IMG/VR virus record: IMGVR_UViG_3300023371_000089 | Span: 64,001-111,658 of that record | Origin: a virus | Taxonomy: Duplodnaviria > Heunggongvirae > Uroviricota > Caudoviricetes | Strand: one strand, 5' to 3' | Length of the DNA stretch: 47,658 nt | Shown here: piece after piece, positions 1 through 9,429 of the stretch | Layout: each line of letters begins with the position of its first letter | Position numbering within the stretch: position 1 is the first letter of the stretch | Made by a program: the position numbers and the translations under genes | Notes under the pieces: model-generated | What the model was told of the DNA's origin: nothing | Database searches by the model: none | Seen by the model: the letters and a program-made list of their open reading frames with translations, nothing else

Positions 1-1
1 C

Positions 2-1546
2 AACTTCAATACCTGTTGGTGGAATTATATTCCCATCATTATCCTTAGAAGATACGACAACATATTCGTTTGTCGAGAAATCGGTGGTAATTACTTCTTC
101 CTGCCCCAATGCATTAAGATAACGGTACTCCCATTTTGCAAGGACGCTTAAGTCATCTGAGTCATTGCTTCGACCAAAAGCATTAAGATAAAGAACAACG
201 CCTTCATCTGAAGTTGTAAGATTCATATCACTCTTATCAATTTCGATATTTGCTTCCGCCTCAAAGTATTCCTCATCATAATAAGCACGAAGATAGAGTT
301 TCGTTGGACCTTCCTCTAAAAGATTGAACTCCTGTTTCTTGATTGCAGAGAAACTGTCAAGAACGAGTGGGAGGTCTTCAGTAGAAATCTCCATCATATC
401 CATTCCCGGATATTCAATATATGTCTTAACATTACAAGTACTTTTACCATTATAATAAGCAGCATAAGTTATTGCAAGGTTTTCAAATTGTTTTGCCCCA
501 TAATAAGTAGGAACCCCACCCTTAGGGAGAATACCTTTAGAGTAATCGAAATCCAACTTTCTTGTTATATAAGGGGTTTCAATTTCGGTAGGAGTGTTTT
601 CAACAATAAATTCCCTATAATAAATTGGGGTGTAGAATGCTTCCTTTGATTCGGTATCAACGCACTTCATGTACATCTGAAGAGTGTGAAGGCCGATATT
701 CATCCAAGCATCGTGTGTTGTGAACACAAAATTCTTGTTTGCATTATTGATAACAGGATTTTCATTACTTTCCTTATATTCACCTTGAAGATTCCCATCA
801 AAATAATAATAAACAGTGGTTTCACCGACACCCTTAAGGTCATATCCCACAGGGATTGAAAGGACGCCAGTCGAATCGAACGCATAACGTTTCGTAATAT
901 CAAACCTATCAGTAAAATATATATCCAAAAGGTTGTATGTGATACGGCGCATACTTGAAATACCCGTATTTTCACCGACAACTGTTATTGTTACAACATT
1001 TTCGCCTGCAGATATTCTTCCATCAAGATTATATGTCACTCCATCCGAAATCTGATTATAAGGGTAAATAATTGTCTGTGATGATTCAACTCCACTACCG
1101 TTCTTGATACGGTAAGTAACTGTAACACCCTCTTGCTGAGGAGCCCCTGAGTTATCCTGTGTCTCAGCCTTAAAACGAATCACATTTCCTGTAGACCCGG
1201 CCAGTGCGGACTTATAACCGCCTTCGGGTTCAAGGACCTCAATTTTCATCGTGTAATTAAAAGGAGCGTCAAAACGACCCACAACACCATCAAGGGTGAG
1301 GTCTCCAAATGGGGCATCTTCAGTAATGGTCTCCTGATAAGCAGCAAAAACTTCAGCATCCCTACAAAGAACGTAGAAACCACCTGAAGTCGTCTTTACC
1401 TCACCAATATAACCTACTTTAGAATTAATGCTTTCTTTAATGAAAGATTGTACTCTTTCTCCTGAAAGAGGGAGATTACCCGTAGAGGCATCACCACCCC
1501 AATCGGTCAACATATTTACTTCGCCTTCCCAAAATTTCTTTGCCAT
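2..1546 (-). CDS. Large tail/tail-fibre-associated structural protein, N-terminal part (runs off left window edge)
   Basis: Absent from the ORF track because it is truncated. ATG at 1546 gives MAKKFWEGEVNMLTDWGGDASTGNLPLSGERVQSFIK. The segments translated (1546-1081 and 58-2, ending VVSSKDNDGNIIPPTGIEV) are open in the same frame. The DWGGDxSTGNLPxSG start resembles Bacteroidota phage tail proteins (recalled, not searched). Confidence 0.8.
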   Translation of the reverse strand, partial: MAKKFWEGEVNMLTDWGGDASTGNLPLSGERVQSFIKESINSKVGYIGEVKTTSGGFYVLCRDAEVFAAYQETITEDAPFGDLTLDGVVGRFDAPFNYTMKIEVLEPEGGYKSALAGSTGNVIRFKAETQDNSGAPQQEGVTVTYRIKNGSGVESSQTIIYPYNQISDGVTYNLDGRISAGENVVTITVVGENTGISSMRRITYNLLDIYFTDRFDITKRYAFDSTGVLSIPVGYDLKGVGETTVYYYFDGNLQGEYKESNENPVINNANKNFVFTTHDAWMNIGLHTLQMYMKCVDTESKEAFYTPIYYREFIVENTPTEIETPYITRKLDFDYSKGILPKGGVPTYYGAKQFENLAITYAAYYNGKSTCNVKTYIEYPGMDMMEISTEDLPLVLDSFSAIKKQEFNLLEEGPTKLYLRAYYDEEYFEAEANIEIDKSDMNLTTSDEGVVLYLNAFGRSNDSDDLSVLAKWEYRYLNALGQEEVITTDFSTNEYVVVSSKDNDGNIIPPTGIEV

Positions 1547-1570
1547 ATAATAATTGGTATGTTTTTATCT

Positions 1571-1762
1571 TTAATTTTTCCACGCCTCATCATTGGCCCA
1601 ACCTTTGGTATTCACCCAAATGCCGCTACCAAAACAAGAACGTATTGCCTGATAGAGGACTACCCCCATATAATAAATTGCCTGTACGGTCAGCCCTTTA
1701 CCAATACTTTCTTTTTTAGGAGTTTTAAGCCCCGTTAATTCTATGCCATTTCTATAAATCAT
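1571..1762 (-). CDS. Small tail-associated protein (63 aa)
   Basis: Ends ...LYQAIRSCFGSGIWVNTKGWANDEAWKN, a motif recalled from small Bacteroidota phage tail-module proteins. Overlaps the upstream gene by 4 nt (ATGA-type coupling). Confidence 0.75.
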   Translation of the reverse strand: MIYRNGIELTGLKTPKKESIGKGLTVQAIYYMGVVLYQAIRSCFGSGIWVNTKGWANDEAWKN

Positions 1763-2112
1763 GCTTCCTCCTCTTCCAACTCAGTGGCATCATAAGTATA
1801 ATAGTATACCTCAGGATTATAATCAACAGGACCATTGGTAATACCATCAGCACCCGTAACATATCCTGAACCTTCAGAAATGAGAATATCGTACTCATCC
1901 TGAGTACATATAACAGGTTTAAGTCTGAGAATTTCCTCAGCAATATTAACACCCGCATTATCCTTTACAACAAGGTCATTTGGGTAAAGAACTTTATAGT
2001 CTGGAGACCCGGGGGTTCCCACATAAGCAACCCAAGGGGTTTCAAGCAAGTTAACATTTGCCTGAAACTCCTCCATTGTTGCATAAATTCCTATGTGATT
2101 GTTAAAAGCCAT
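1759..2112 (-). CDS. Hypothetical protein (117 aa), tail module
   Basis: Open ORF with acidic C-terminus (ELEEEEA), packed between tail genes. Confidence 0.75.
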   Translation of the reverse strand: MAFNNHIGIYATMEEFQANVNLLETPWVAYVGTPGSPDYKVLYPNDLVVKDNAGVNIAEEILRLKPVICTQDEYDILISEGSGYVTGADGITNGPVDYNPEVYYYTYDATELEEEEA

Positions 2113-2136
2113 TCTTTTAAACGTTTTTCTCTAATA

Positions 2137-3978
2137 TTAAGCACCTGCTTGGAAAACAGCGTCATCAGCAAAACCTATTTCAAGACCATTAACTGCATCT
2201 GTTACGTCATAAGTTTTCTTAACACCAATTTCTAGTGCTGTGCCCTTAATTGAATTGTAAATTCTGTTTGCAAATTCCGTATAAAGAGCCTCCTTATATT
2301 CATTACTTTCAAGAACAGCAACCTTTTCCTTAAGAATTGCATTCTCTTCAAGCAATTTTGTGAGAATTACATTAACATTGGACTGCGAACTATCTGCCCC
2401 AACATAAACAATGTCGGCTGCCCTGTTCGAAGCATAAATTGAGCCTGAAGTTGCAACTCGTCTAAGAAGAGTTTGTCCCGAAACATTCTCCGGAGTAATA
2501 TCAGTCACCTCATTTGCTATGATTGTTTGTGAAACTATCTGTTTTACCGAACCAGGAGTTTCAAGACTCCCATTAAGCACTTCAACCTTCGCATCAACAG
2601 CATCAATTGCATTTACAAGCCCAACATTAGCAACATCAATTGCAGATTGTATGCCCGATACCTTTATACCGTCAGGTGATACTGTAAGAAAATTCTCTGA
2701 AGTTGCATCCCTCTTGATTGAAAAAACGTTGTCAACAAGTTGAAGACCGTCACCCGCCTTGTAAACATCAATAAGGTCTTTCACATTAAGGTCAATTACC
2801 TCCCCCGTATTGAAAGTAAAACGAATATAACTAACACCATCAATATCAATGAGTTCAACCCCATTAAGAATACCATCTTTAATGAAATCCGCAACATCAA
2901 TTCTTGAAATTACAAGACCATTCTTACCGATGAGTTGAATTTCATCATTGGCGGCCCCGTCTGTTGATTTCACCCACATCAATGAAAGCTGAGCATAAAG
3001 ACCGTTTTCATCATTTGTCAGAACTTTATCTTCCGAACTAATTGGTTGTCTAATTTCGTTTGCGTCAACACTAAGTTTACCTGTTAATGCATCAATAACA
3101 ATAGTCTTTTGGTCAACATTTACAGAAAGGTCAGTTCCAACACCATCGGTAGCGACAACACCAATGGTTTTATTTGTTGACATTACCTTATTAGTTGTAA
3201 TACTTGCTTTGGCTGAGTCAATATTTGCAATCGCGATTGAAAGCCTATCACTAATTTCATGCTCAGCGCCCATCGCTCTTGATGATTCTGCAGCAATTTC
3301 ACCACTTAACGCATCTTCACGACTTGTCGCTCTCCCAACTTCAGCATTTATTGCAGTTCTTATTTCGGTATGGTCATTTGTGTTGCTTGCAATTGTTTCA
3401 GAAAGACGTTGGTCAACTCCTTCAGCGTATGTTCTATTAACATTAATCTTAGACTGAAGGTCACTTTCAGCACTTTTTGCACGGTCGGATTCCTCATGGA
3501 GTAATCCCTTGATTTCATCTTCAACCCCCGTTGCTCTTGATATTTCTGTGGCGATTGCTTCATCTATTCTCTTGACTTCCGAATCAAATTTCTCCTCAAT
3601 TCTTATTGCATTTTTCTTAATCTCATCAATATTATTGTTAATTTCAGCAATAGCAAGATTAAGTTTCTCGTCCTCTTTTTTTAAAGTATCTACATTGCCA
3701 AAAAGAGTTTCAATGTCATTAATCGCCTTTGTATAGTCAATCAGATAATAAGGCATATTATTAAGAATATCCTTACCATCACCACCACGTCCAATACCAA
3801 TCAATGGCGTCGACTCTTCCGCTGTTTCACCATAAAAGACAACAACAGGCTCAGCAGGAAGGGAAGTTTGAGAATTTGTATTCTTACTGAAGAGATTTTC
3901 TATGAAAAGCACCGCCTTTTCCCTTGTATAAGGGAAAGAAGCAGGCATATAATAGTTAAATTGTAATCTATTCTTCAT
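2137..3978 (-). CDS. Tail fibre-like protein with coiled-coil ExxRAxxxExxL repeats (613 aa)
   Basis: Repeats EISRATGVEDEI, ESDRAKSAESDL, EVGRATSREDAL, ESSRAMGAEHEI, plus the segment IDVADFIKDGILNGVEL...IDLNVKDLIDVYKAGDGL typical of Bacteroidota phage fibres. Confidence 0.7.
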   Translation of the reverse strand: MKNRLQFNYYMPASFPYTREKAVLFIENLFSKNTNSQTSLPAEPVVVFYGETAEESTPLIGIGRGGDGKDILNNMPYYLIDYTKAINDIETLFGNVDTLKKEDEKLNLAIAEINNNIDEIKKNAIRIEEKFDSEVKRIDEAIATEISRATGVEDEIKGLLHEESDRAKSAESDLQSKINVNRTYAEGVDQRLSETIASNTNDHTEIRTAINAEVGRATSREDALSGEIAAESSRAMGAEHEISDRLSIAIANIDSAKASITTNKVMSTNKTIGVVATDGVGTDLSVNVDQKTIVIDALTGKLSVDANEIRQPISSEDKVLTNDENGLYAQLSLMWVKSTDGAANDEIQLIGKNGLVISRIDVADFIKDGILNGVELIDIDGVSYIRFTFNTGEVIDLNVKDLIDVYKAGDGLQLVDNVFSIKRDATSENFLTVSPDGIKVSGIQSAIDVANVGLVNAIDAVDAKVEVLNGSLETPGSVKQIVSQTIIANEVTDITPENVSGQTLLRRVATSGSIYASNRAADIVYVGADSSQSNVNVILTKLLEENAILKEKVAVLESNEYKEALYTEFANRIYNSIKGTALEIGVKKTYDVTDAVNGLEIGFADDAVFQAGA

Positions 3979-3995
3979 GATATATTAATTTCTTC

Positions 3996-5984
3996 TTACT
4001 CAGTTATAATGTTTCCCCCGAAACTGTAGTCCCCATCAAAATAAAGTCCTTCCTCATCAAACTTTATCATTCCACCTAATGGAAGTTTCACCGAAATTTT
4101 AGCCCCTTCAACGGCACCATTTTCATCGGTAAAACCCGGTACTATCACAAGTGTATCATCAGCAGGGGTAACCTTATTTTCACTTATCTGCCTCTGAAGG
4201 TCAGCATCTGCCTCATATCTCTGTTTCTCCTCAGAATCAATCCTGTCATCAAGGGCCATGTCCCCATCAATACGAGCCTCAGTTTCTTTCAATAAGCCTT
4301 CTTCATTAGCAACGAGCTTCCCATCAAGAACAGCATCTGCTGCAATTCTCTCACTTTTTTCAAGTTCAATTTTCTCATCAAGAACTTTTATTTCAGATTC
4401 GTTGTTCTTTATGTTCTCCTCAACATCAGCAATGCAAGTTTCAACAACATCCATTCTATCATCTAAGGCATCAATTCTACCTGAGACCTCTTTGATTACA
4501 GCATCAAGTTTTGCGAGTTCTTCACCGAACTCACCCTTTACCATCTCTGCAGTATCTACAAATTCGCCATCAACGAGACGCCACTCATGCATTCTGATAT
4601 CATCATGTTCAATGACTACAATCGACTCACCTTCATGAAGTTCGTGTTTTACCCATTTTGTGCCATCCCAATCATTTACATAGTATCTGATATCGGAATA
4701 GTTTTCCAAATGAGGTTCCCATTCTTTTGAAACGACACCCCCGAACTCCTTATTATTGAAACCAATGTTTTCTTTTGTCCAAATAAGGGTAGTATCGTAT
4801 TTTTCACGGTCACCATCCTTAACATCAATATAAATTGTTGGTACCGTATTACCATCAATTACCTCAGTATCATAAAGATTAGTACCATTATAATTTTTAA
4901 CAAGTCTAAGGCTAAGGTAACAATCGCGACCCCATGTATTCTGCTCTACAGCACATTCATCGTTTGAAAAAACCTTAACGAACATATCCTTTTTGGTATC
5001 TTCTTCTGAAGATGTCCAAAAAGCAGCCCATTTTCCAAAACCACCTATTGTACTTATACCTCTTCTTTCACCGAAACCGAGAGGATAAATACCGAAACCA
5101 AATCTATCGTCAGAATAAAGTTCCTTAACATAAGCCCCATTTTCATTAGGTATATACTGTCCATCCACATAATCATAACGTTCACCTTCAACAAAATCTT
5201 CATCCTCACGAATCTTTCTGTAGATAGGTTCCCAAAGTTCATTAGATTTAAGATACTTACCAGCATTTACACCAAGATATTCATTGGCGGGATTTCTCTT
5301 ATCATCATGCGTCTTATCCTGAGGACAATCCTCTACTATATTAAGAAGTTGGTCCCAATCCGCCTTTGTAGGTACTCGCCATTCACTCCCTATTTCTTCA
5401 AGGCGTTTCTGTATAGCCTCAATGCCATCAAGAGGGTAAAGAAGCCCGAAAGAACTAATTTTTTCCTTCGTTACATAACGGTCCCCCTTTGTATTTCCCT
5501 TAATAGGAATAGTTTTCCCTTCAATTGTATCAAGAATATCAATCACAGGTTGATATGTTCCGGTCTTTGCTATTGAAGAAACCTGTATTGGACGATATCT
5601 CGTACCGTCACCTGTAATTGTAGGATTCCCATAAACATGGAAATTTTTCTCAGAAAGAAAACCTTCAACCTCATTTACAACAACAGGTTCACCATCATCG
5701 CCTTTCACCATAGTAACTTTCAACACCCCATTAACCTTATCATACTCAAATTGATAGAGATTTGGGTTATATATGTTAACCGGGAGTTTTTCACCATTGT
5801 GGCGTATAATCGTAAGTTCGGTTTTATCTTTTGATACTTCAAAATCAGCAATATCATATCCCCTAAGGAAATTGAAGTTGCCATCGATTTCACCTCCGCT
5901 CAAACCACAATTTTTCGTAACATCACCATCATAATGGTTTCGTGGGTCAAGCTTATAGTATATAACACCGTTTTGTGTAGCCAT
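3996..5984 (-). CDS. Tail fibre/receptor-binding protein with Fib_succ_major (FISUMP)-like domain and C-terminal coiled coil (662 aa)
   Basis: Motifs FGLLYP, EWRVPTKADWDQL, AGKYLKS, FGFGIYPLG, AAFWTSS, SLRLVK and WTKENI match the Fibrobacter succinogenes major paralogous domain. ExxxRxxxDxxL repeats follow. Confidence 0.7.
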   Translation of the reverse strand: MATQNGVIYYKLDPRNHYDGDVTKNCGLSGGEIDGNFNFLRGYDIADFEVSKDKTELTIIRHNGEKLPVNIYNPNLYQFEYDKVNGVLKVTMVKGDDGEPVVVNEVEGFLSEKNFHVYGNPTITGDGTRYRPIQVSSIAKTGTYQPVIDILDTIEGKTIPIKGNTKGDRYVTKEKISSFGLLYPLDGIEAIQKRLEEIGSEWRVPTKADWDQLLNIVEDCPQDKTHDDKRNPANEYLGVNAGKYLKSNELWEPIYRKIREDEDFVEGERYDYVDGQYIPNENGAYVKELYSDDRFGFGIYPLGFGERRGISTIGGFGKWAAFWTSSEEDTKKDMFVKVFSNDECAVEQNTWGRDCYLSLRLVKNYNGTNLYDTEVIDGNTVPTIYIDVKDGDREKYDTTLIWTKENIGFNNKEFGGVVSKEWEPHLENYSDIRYYVNDWDGTKWVKHELHEGESIVVIEHDDIRMHEWRLVDGEFVDTAEMVKGEFGEELAKLDAVIKEVSGRIDALDDRMDVVETCIADVEENIKNNESEIKVLDEKIELEKSERIAADAVLDGKLVANEEGLLKETEARIDGDMALDDRIDSEEKQRYEADADLQRQISENKVTPADDTLVIVPGFTDENGAVEGAKISVKLPLGGMIKFDEEGLYFDGDYSFGGNIITE

Positions 5985-6028
5985 ACTGTATTATTATTAA
6001 TTGAATATTATTCGTCGCCTTATTTGTT

Positions 6029-6036
6029 TATAAATA
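6029..6036 (-). promoter_or_regulatory. Putative late-promoter motif TATTTATA
   Basis: Intergenic, 44 nt before the 5984 ATG; same octamer precedes four other non-replication units. Confidence 0.55.
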
Positions 6037-6042
6037 GTAAAC

Positions 6043-7770
6043 TCAAGCCAAAACCGAGTTGCGAATATCAGGATAATTGCGGAAACAATTATAAAATCTA
6101 AAACTTTTTATATCACCAATGAAACTACCACCAAAATCTTTCATTAAAGGGAAATAATCATCGGATACGATAATGTCTTTCAACCATATTCCATCAACAA
6201 GCCCCTGAGTACCCCCACCAATAGAAATATTATAAGGAACCGCCTCCTGTTTTTCAGGAATTTCATCAAGACCTCTAAATCTAAATTCAGGGAGTTCTTT
6301 ACTTACAAGAACAAGATTACCGTTTACATAAAAATATAGTTTCATTTTTCTGTCACCCACTCCCGTACCACATTCAACACCATCAGAACCTAATATCGAA
6401 ACTCTAATATTAATAGTTACCCATTCATCCACCTTAACAAGACCCGTAACACTCCTTTCACTCAGAACGCTGTAACCACTCTCAGAATCACAATCATTTA
6501 TTGCGTAACGATAACTTATCGCGCCATCCTCATCAATCTTAACAGCAAAAGCATTTTCTTTCAAGTCCTTAAGAACATCATATTGGTCCTTATTTCCAAC
6601 TTCATACTCATTGAAATTATCCGTTGTATAACCTGTTTTTGTTCTGTTGAACAATAAGAATTTATTTTCAGTTTCAGGTTTTGGGACATCAACGAACTTA
6701 ACTTTTTCAATTGTACTATCCCATGTATCTGTTGTATAACCTGTTTTCGTCCTATTGAACAACAAAAATTTATTATCAGTTATAAGTGTATCTTTTTCTT
6801 GTTGGGATAATGAATATCCATCTTTTGTCTTCAAACCTTTAAGTGTATCATCATTAATATCAACATCCGTTTCAAAATATTCCCCATCAAGAGCAAGCCC
6901 ATTATCAGGACATCCTTTATCGAAATAATCTCCACTGAAGTAATCATCCTCACCACATACATTGGTATTGTATTCCATTTCTTCACCAAAATAATCGGAA
7001 TCAAAAGGGGTATCCTTTATTATATCCACAGATTTGTTTGCACAAAGATATTCCCCACCACACATATTTTCATATGTTGGTCCGCCTTCAGCAAAATAAT
7101 CATCCCCCGAATTACTTACAAATTCCTTCTCATCAACACCATAGTAAACCGAAAACTTATTTTCGGCTCTTGTACCCATATAAAAGAAAATTCCTTTATT
7201 ATTTGGATATCTGTAGACTAACGTGTCATCCCCCACCTCATAATCCCTTCTCCGTAACGTAATCTCAAAATTCCAATCACTTTCAATTACATTAGGCAAG
7301 ATTTGGTAATCAGACCCCTCAATTTTATAAAAACCTTGAAAAAATCCGCCTTTAAGTGAAACAAAATCATCATTGGCCTCATAAGGATATGAATATCTTA
7401 ATGTATTCCCTGTTATTGGATACATAGTTATTGCTCCACCTGATGCAGTAAAACTGCTTCCTGTGAAAACATCGAGGAACTCTTTGTTAGTAATCCTATC
7501 TTTTTCAAATTTTATCAGACCGTTGTCAACACCAGTATAACCGATATTATTTAATAGAACGTCAGATGTGGTTGCCTCACCCCACATATATGACGATTTC
7601 CAAGACCCATCTTTTCCAATGTTCTTAGCATCCAACCCCATAACAATACAAGACGAGAAATCGTAAGCCGAATAACACTCACCTTTATAAAGCATGAAAT
7701 CATAATATTCATCGTTTCTCAGTTTAAGCCCAAGGCCCCTGACATTATTCTTTTTTATATTACCAAACAT
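6043..7770 (-). CDS. Virion structural protein with probable LamG/concanavalin-like fold (575 aa)
   Basis: C-terminal DEWVTINIR...LYFYVNGNLV...ISIGGGTQGL...FIGDIKSFRFY pattern is LamG-like. Contains an internal duplicated 16-mer. Confidence 0.65.
   Translation of the reverse strand: MFGNIKKNNVRGLGLKLRNDEYYDFMLYKGECYSAYDFSSCIVMGLDAKNIGKDGSWKSSYMWGEATTSDVLLNNIGYTGVDNGLIKFEKDRITNKEFLDVFTGSSFTASGGAITMYPITGNTLRYSYPYEANDDFVSLKGGFFQGFYKIEGSDYQILPNVIESDWNFEITLRRRDYEVGDDTLVYRYPNNKGIFFYMGTRAENKFSVYYGVDEKEFVSNSGDDYFAEGGPTYENMCGGEYLCANKSVDIIKDTPFDSDYFGEEMEYNTNVCGEDDYFSGDYFDKGCPDNGLALDGEYFETDVDINDDTLKGLKTKDGYSLSQQEKDTLITDNKFLLFNRTKTGYTTDTWDSTIEKVKFVDVPKPETENKFLLFNRTKTGYTTDNFNEYEVGNKDQYDVLKDLKENAFAVKIDEDGAISYRYAINDCDSESGYSVLSERSVTGLVKVDEWVTINIRVSILGSDGVECGTGVGDRKMKLYFYVNGNLVLVSKELPEFRFRGLDEIPEKQEAVPYNISIGGGTQGLVDGIWLKDIIVSDDYFPLMKDFGGSFIGDIKSFRFYNCFRNYPDIRNSVLA
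6619..6774 (-). repeat. 48-bp intragenic duplication encoding NKFLLFNRTKTGYTTD twice
   Basis: Copies at 6619-6666 and 6727-6774 differ at 6 positions, all synonymous third-codon positions. Confidence 0.9.
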
Positions 7771-7785
7771 TGAAAAATAGTTTTC

Positions 7786-7793
7786 TATAAATA
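7786..7793 (-). promoter_or_regulatory. Putative late-promoter motif TATTTATA
   Basis: Intergenic, 15 nt before the 7770 ATG. Confidence 0.6.
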
Positions 7794-7811
7794 TCCTTTT
7801 ATTTTAAAGGT

Positions 7812-8792
7812 TTAGGCTCTTGTCGAGTCTCTTTGTATTTTAACTTTCGACCAACCTGTATATTCAATAAGTTCTTTTTCAAGTTCTCTCCTCCTATCGG
7901 AAATTTTATCAAAAGAGCCTAAGAAAAAAATCTGACGCATTTTTTTACACCACGTCTGAAGAAGGTCATAGAAACGCATCGCATCAGAAGTATTCTTACA
8001 GATGACAATACCCATATTTCCGTCATCATATTTGATTATAATCTTGTTTTTATATATGAGAATGCGTTCAATATCATAATCTCTAACGAGCCCACCAACA
8101 ATCATATTATCAAATATCCATTTAAAAGTTTTCCTGTCCGTTTTCGGGCAATGACCATATACCCAAAAAGTTTCTTCAACAAAACGTTCGCATTTGTCAT
8201 AAACAACCCATTTGGGGTGATTTGTTATATGTTCAACGAGTTTCCCATATTCATTTCTGAGTTTGGTATTCTGTAAATCCCCGTTCCTATTTTTCTTAAG
8301 AAGAAGATATTCATCGCGACTATCTTTTAAGGAGCCAGCATTAATAACTTTTCTTCTAAAAATAACTTCATCATTTGATTTTTCAAGAGCATGAAAACAC
8401 TCGTAAGCGTCTTCAATACTTATGAATTGCCCTATATATTCGTTTTGGCTCCCATTCAAAACCCCAACTATCTTATAATCACAATAAACTTTACGACGTT
8501 CCTTCTTCTTTTTGGGAATATATCGTCTTTTCTTCTTAGGACCTCGTTTTTTAGGGCGCCCTCTTCTCCTTACATGCGATTTTCTCCGTTTCTCCCTCTC
8601 TCTTTCCTTCTCTTTTTCGGCCTCTTCCGGATGTTCCTCAAGCCATTTTTCATGTTCTAAACGCTCAGCATCCCTCTTTTCCTTATTACGTTTACGGGCC
8701 TCAATTCCCGCCTCATGCCAACGGCGAATACACTCCTCCCTCAAAAGTGTATTATTAGTTATTTCTTTGCTATTTTCTTTGATTTCAGACAT
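7812..8792 (-). CDS. Hypothetical protein with highly basic N-terminal region containing an AT-hook-like RGRP motif (326 aa)
   Basis: ATG at 8792 (the track start at 8795 is GTG). Contains RRRGRPKKRGPKKKRRYIPKKKKERRK. Confidence 0.8.
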   Translation of the reverse strand: MSEIKENSKEITNNTLLREECIRRWHEAGIEARKRNKEKRDAERLEHEKWLEEHPEEAEKEKEREREKRRKSHVRRRGRPKKRGPKKKRRYIPKKKKERRKVYCDYKIVGVLNGSQNEYIGQFISIEDAYECFHALEKSNDEVIFRRKVINAGSLKDSRDEYLLLKKNRNGDLQNTKLRNEYGKLVEHITNHPKWVVYDKCERFVEETFWVYGHCPKTDRKTFKWIFDNMIVGGLVRDYDIERILIYKNKIIIKYDDGNMGIVICKNTSDAMRFYDLLQTWCKKMRQIFFLGSFDKISDRRRELEKELIEYTGWSKVKIQRDSTRA

Positions 8793-8831
8793 CACTAAAA
8801 CGTTTAAATATCAATAAATTATCAAACACAC

Positions 8832-8839
8832 TATAAATA
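8832..8839 (-). promoter_or_regulatory. Putative late-promoter motif TATTTATA
   Basis: Intergenic, upstream of the 8792 ATG, back-to-back with the plus-strand host promoter. Confidence 0.6.
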
Positions 8840-8859
8840 TCATTTTTTCGTCAAAAAAA

Positions 8860-8891
8860 TTTGTTTTTTTCCCTATTAAAACCTATCTTTG
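8860..8891 (+). promoter_or_regulatory. Bacteroidota primary-sigma promoter (-33 TTTG, -7 TATCTTTG)
   Basis: TTTG 8860-8863, 20-nt spacer, TATCTTTG 8884-8891; ATG at 8915. Confidence 0.85.
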
Positions 8892-8914
8892 CAACATTAA
8901 ATGAAATAAAAATT

Positions 8915-9397
8915 ATGGGAAAGAAAAATTTAACAGTAGCAAGCCCCGAATATGAGGAATTGGTAAAAGAAGTTGTTAAAGAACGTACCGACCTAAGTGG
9001 TTACGTTGAATTCAAGGTTTTTAATATTAAGAAATCGAAGAAAGAAGTTACAAAGGTTCAGAAAGCAAATGAAATTGTTGAACTTGCCCTTGACATGGAA
9101 GATGTTGTTGTCATTTCAATATATGAAGCAGCCTTTGACCTCGTGGATGACCAAACAAAGCGTCTTTGGATAGAAAACGCTCTCGCTCCAGTACACTATG
9201 ATATGGAAAAAGATAAAGTTGTAATTGGTGGGGAACCAACAATTACAGTCTCTCTCGGAATGTACCATAAGTATAAGGATATCATCATACAGAAACTTGA
9301 ACTTGCTGCATTAACTCTTCAACAGATAGAAGATGAAGAAAAGAAACGCAAGGCTGAGGAAAAGGCACTTAAGAAAGCAAAGAAGAAAAATTCTTAA
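8915..9397 (+). CDS. Hypothetical protein (160 aa), possible degenerate phage-metallopeptidase-like fold; only plus-strand gene
   Basis: Start reassigned to ATG 8915 (MGKKN) because 8861-8914 holds a Bacteroidota promoter. ISIYEAAFDLVDDQTKRLWIENALAPV resembles PhageMetallopep-type sequences but lacks the HExxH. Followed by a terminator. Confidence 0.8.
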   Translation: MGKKNLTVASPEYEELVKEVVKERTDLSGYVEFKVFNIKKSKKEVTKVQKANEIVELALDMEDVVVISIYEAAFDLVDDQTKRLWIENALAPVHYDMEKDKVVIGGEPTITVSLGMYHKYKDIIIQKLELAALTLQQIEDEEKKRKAEEKALKKAKKKNS

Positions 9398-9401
9398 AAT
9401 A

Positions 9402-9429
9402 AAAAAGCATCGCCATGGCGATGCTTTTT
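9402..9429. terminator. Bidirectional intrinsic terminator between convergent genes
   Basis: Perfect 28-bp palindrome AAAAAGCATCGCCATGGCGATGCTTTTT. Confidence 0.9.

Noticed and set aside
3996-7770. Diversity-generating retroelement targeting the FISUMP or LamG proteins
   Set aside because: No reverse transcriptase or template repeat was seen in the window, and the 48-bp duplicate differs by synonymous changes including C/T rather than adenine-specific ones. A DGR acting in trans from elsewhere cannot be excluded.
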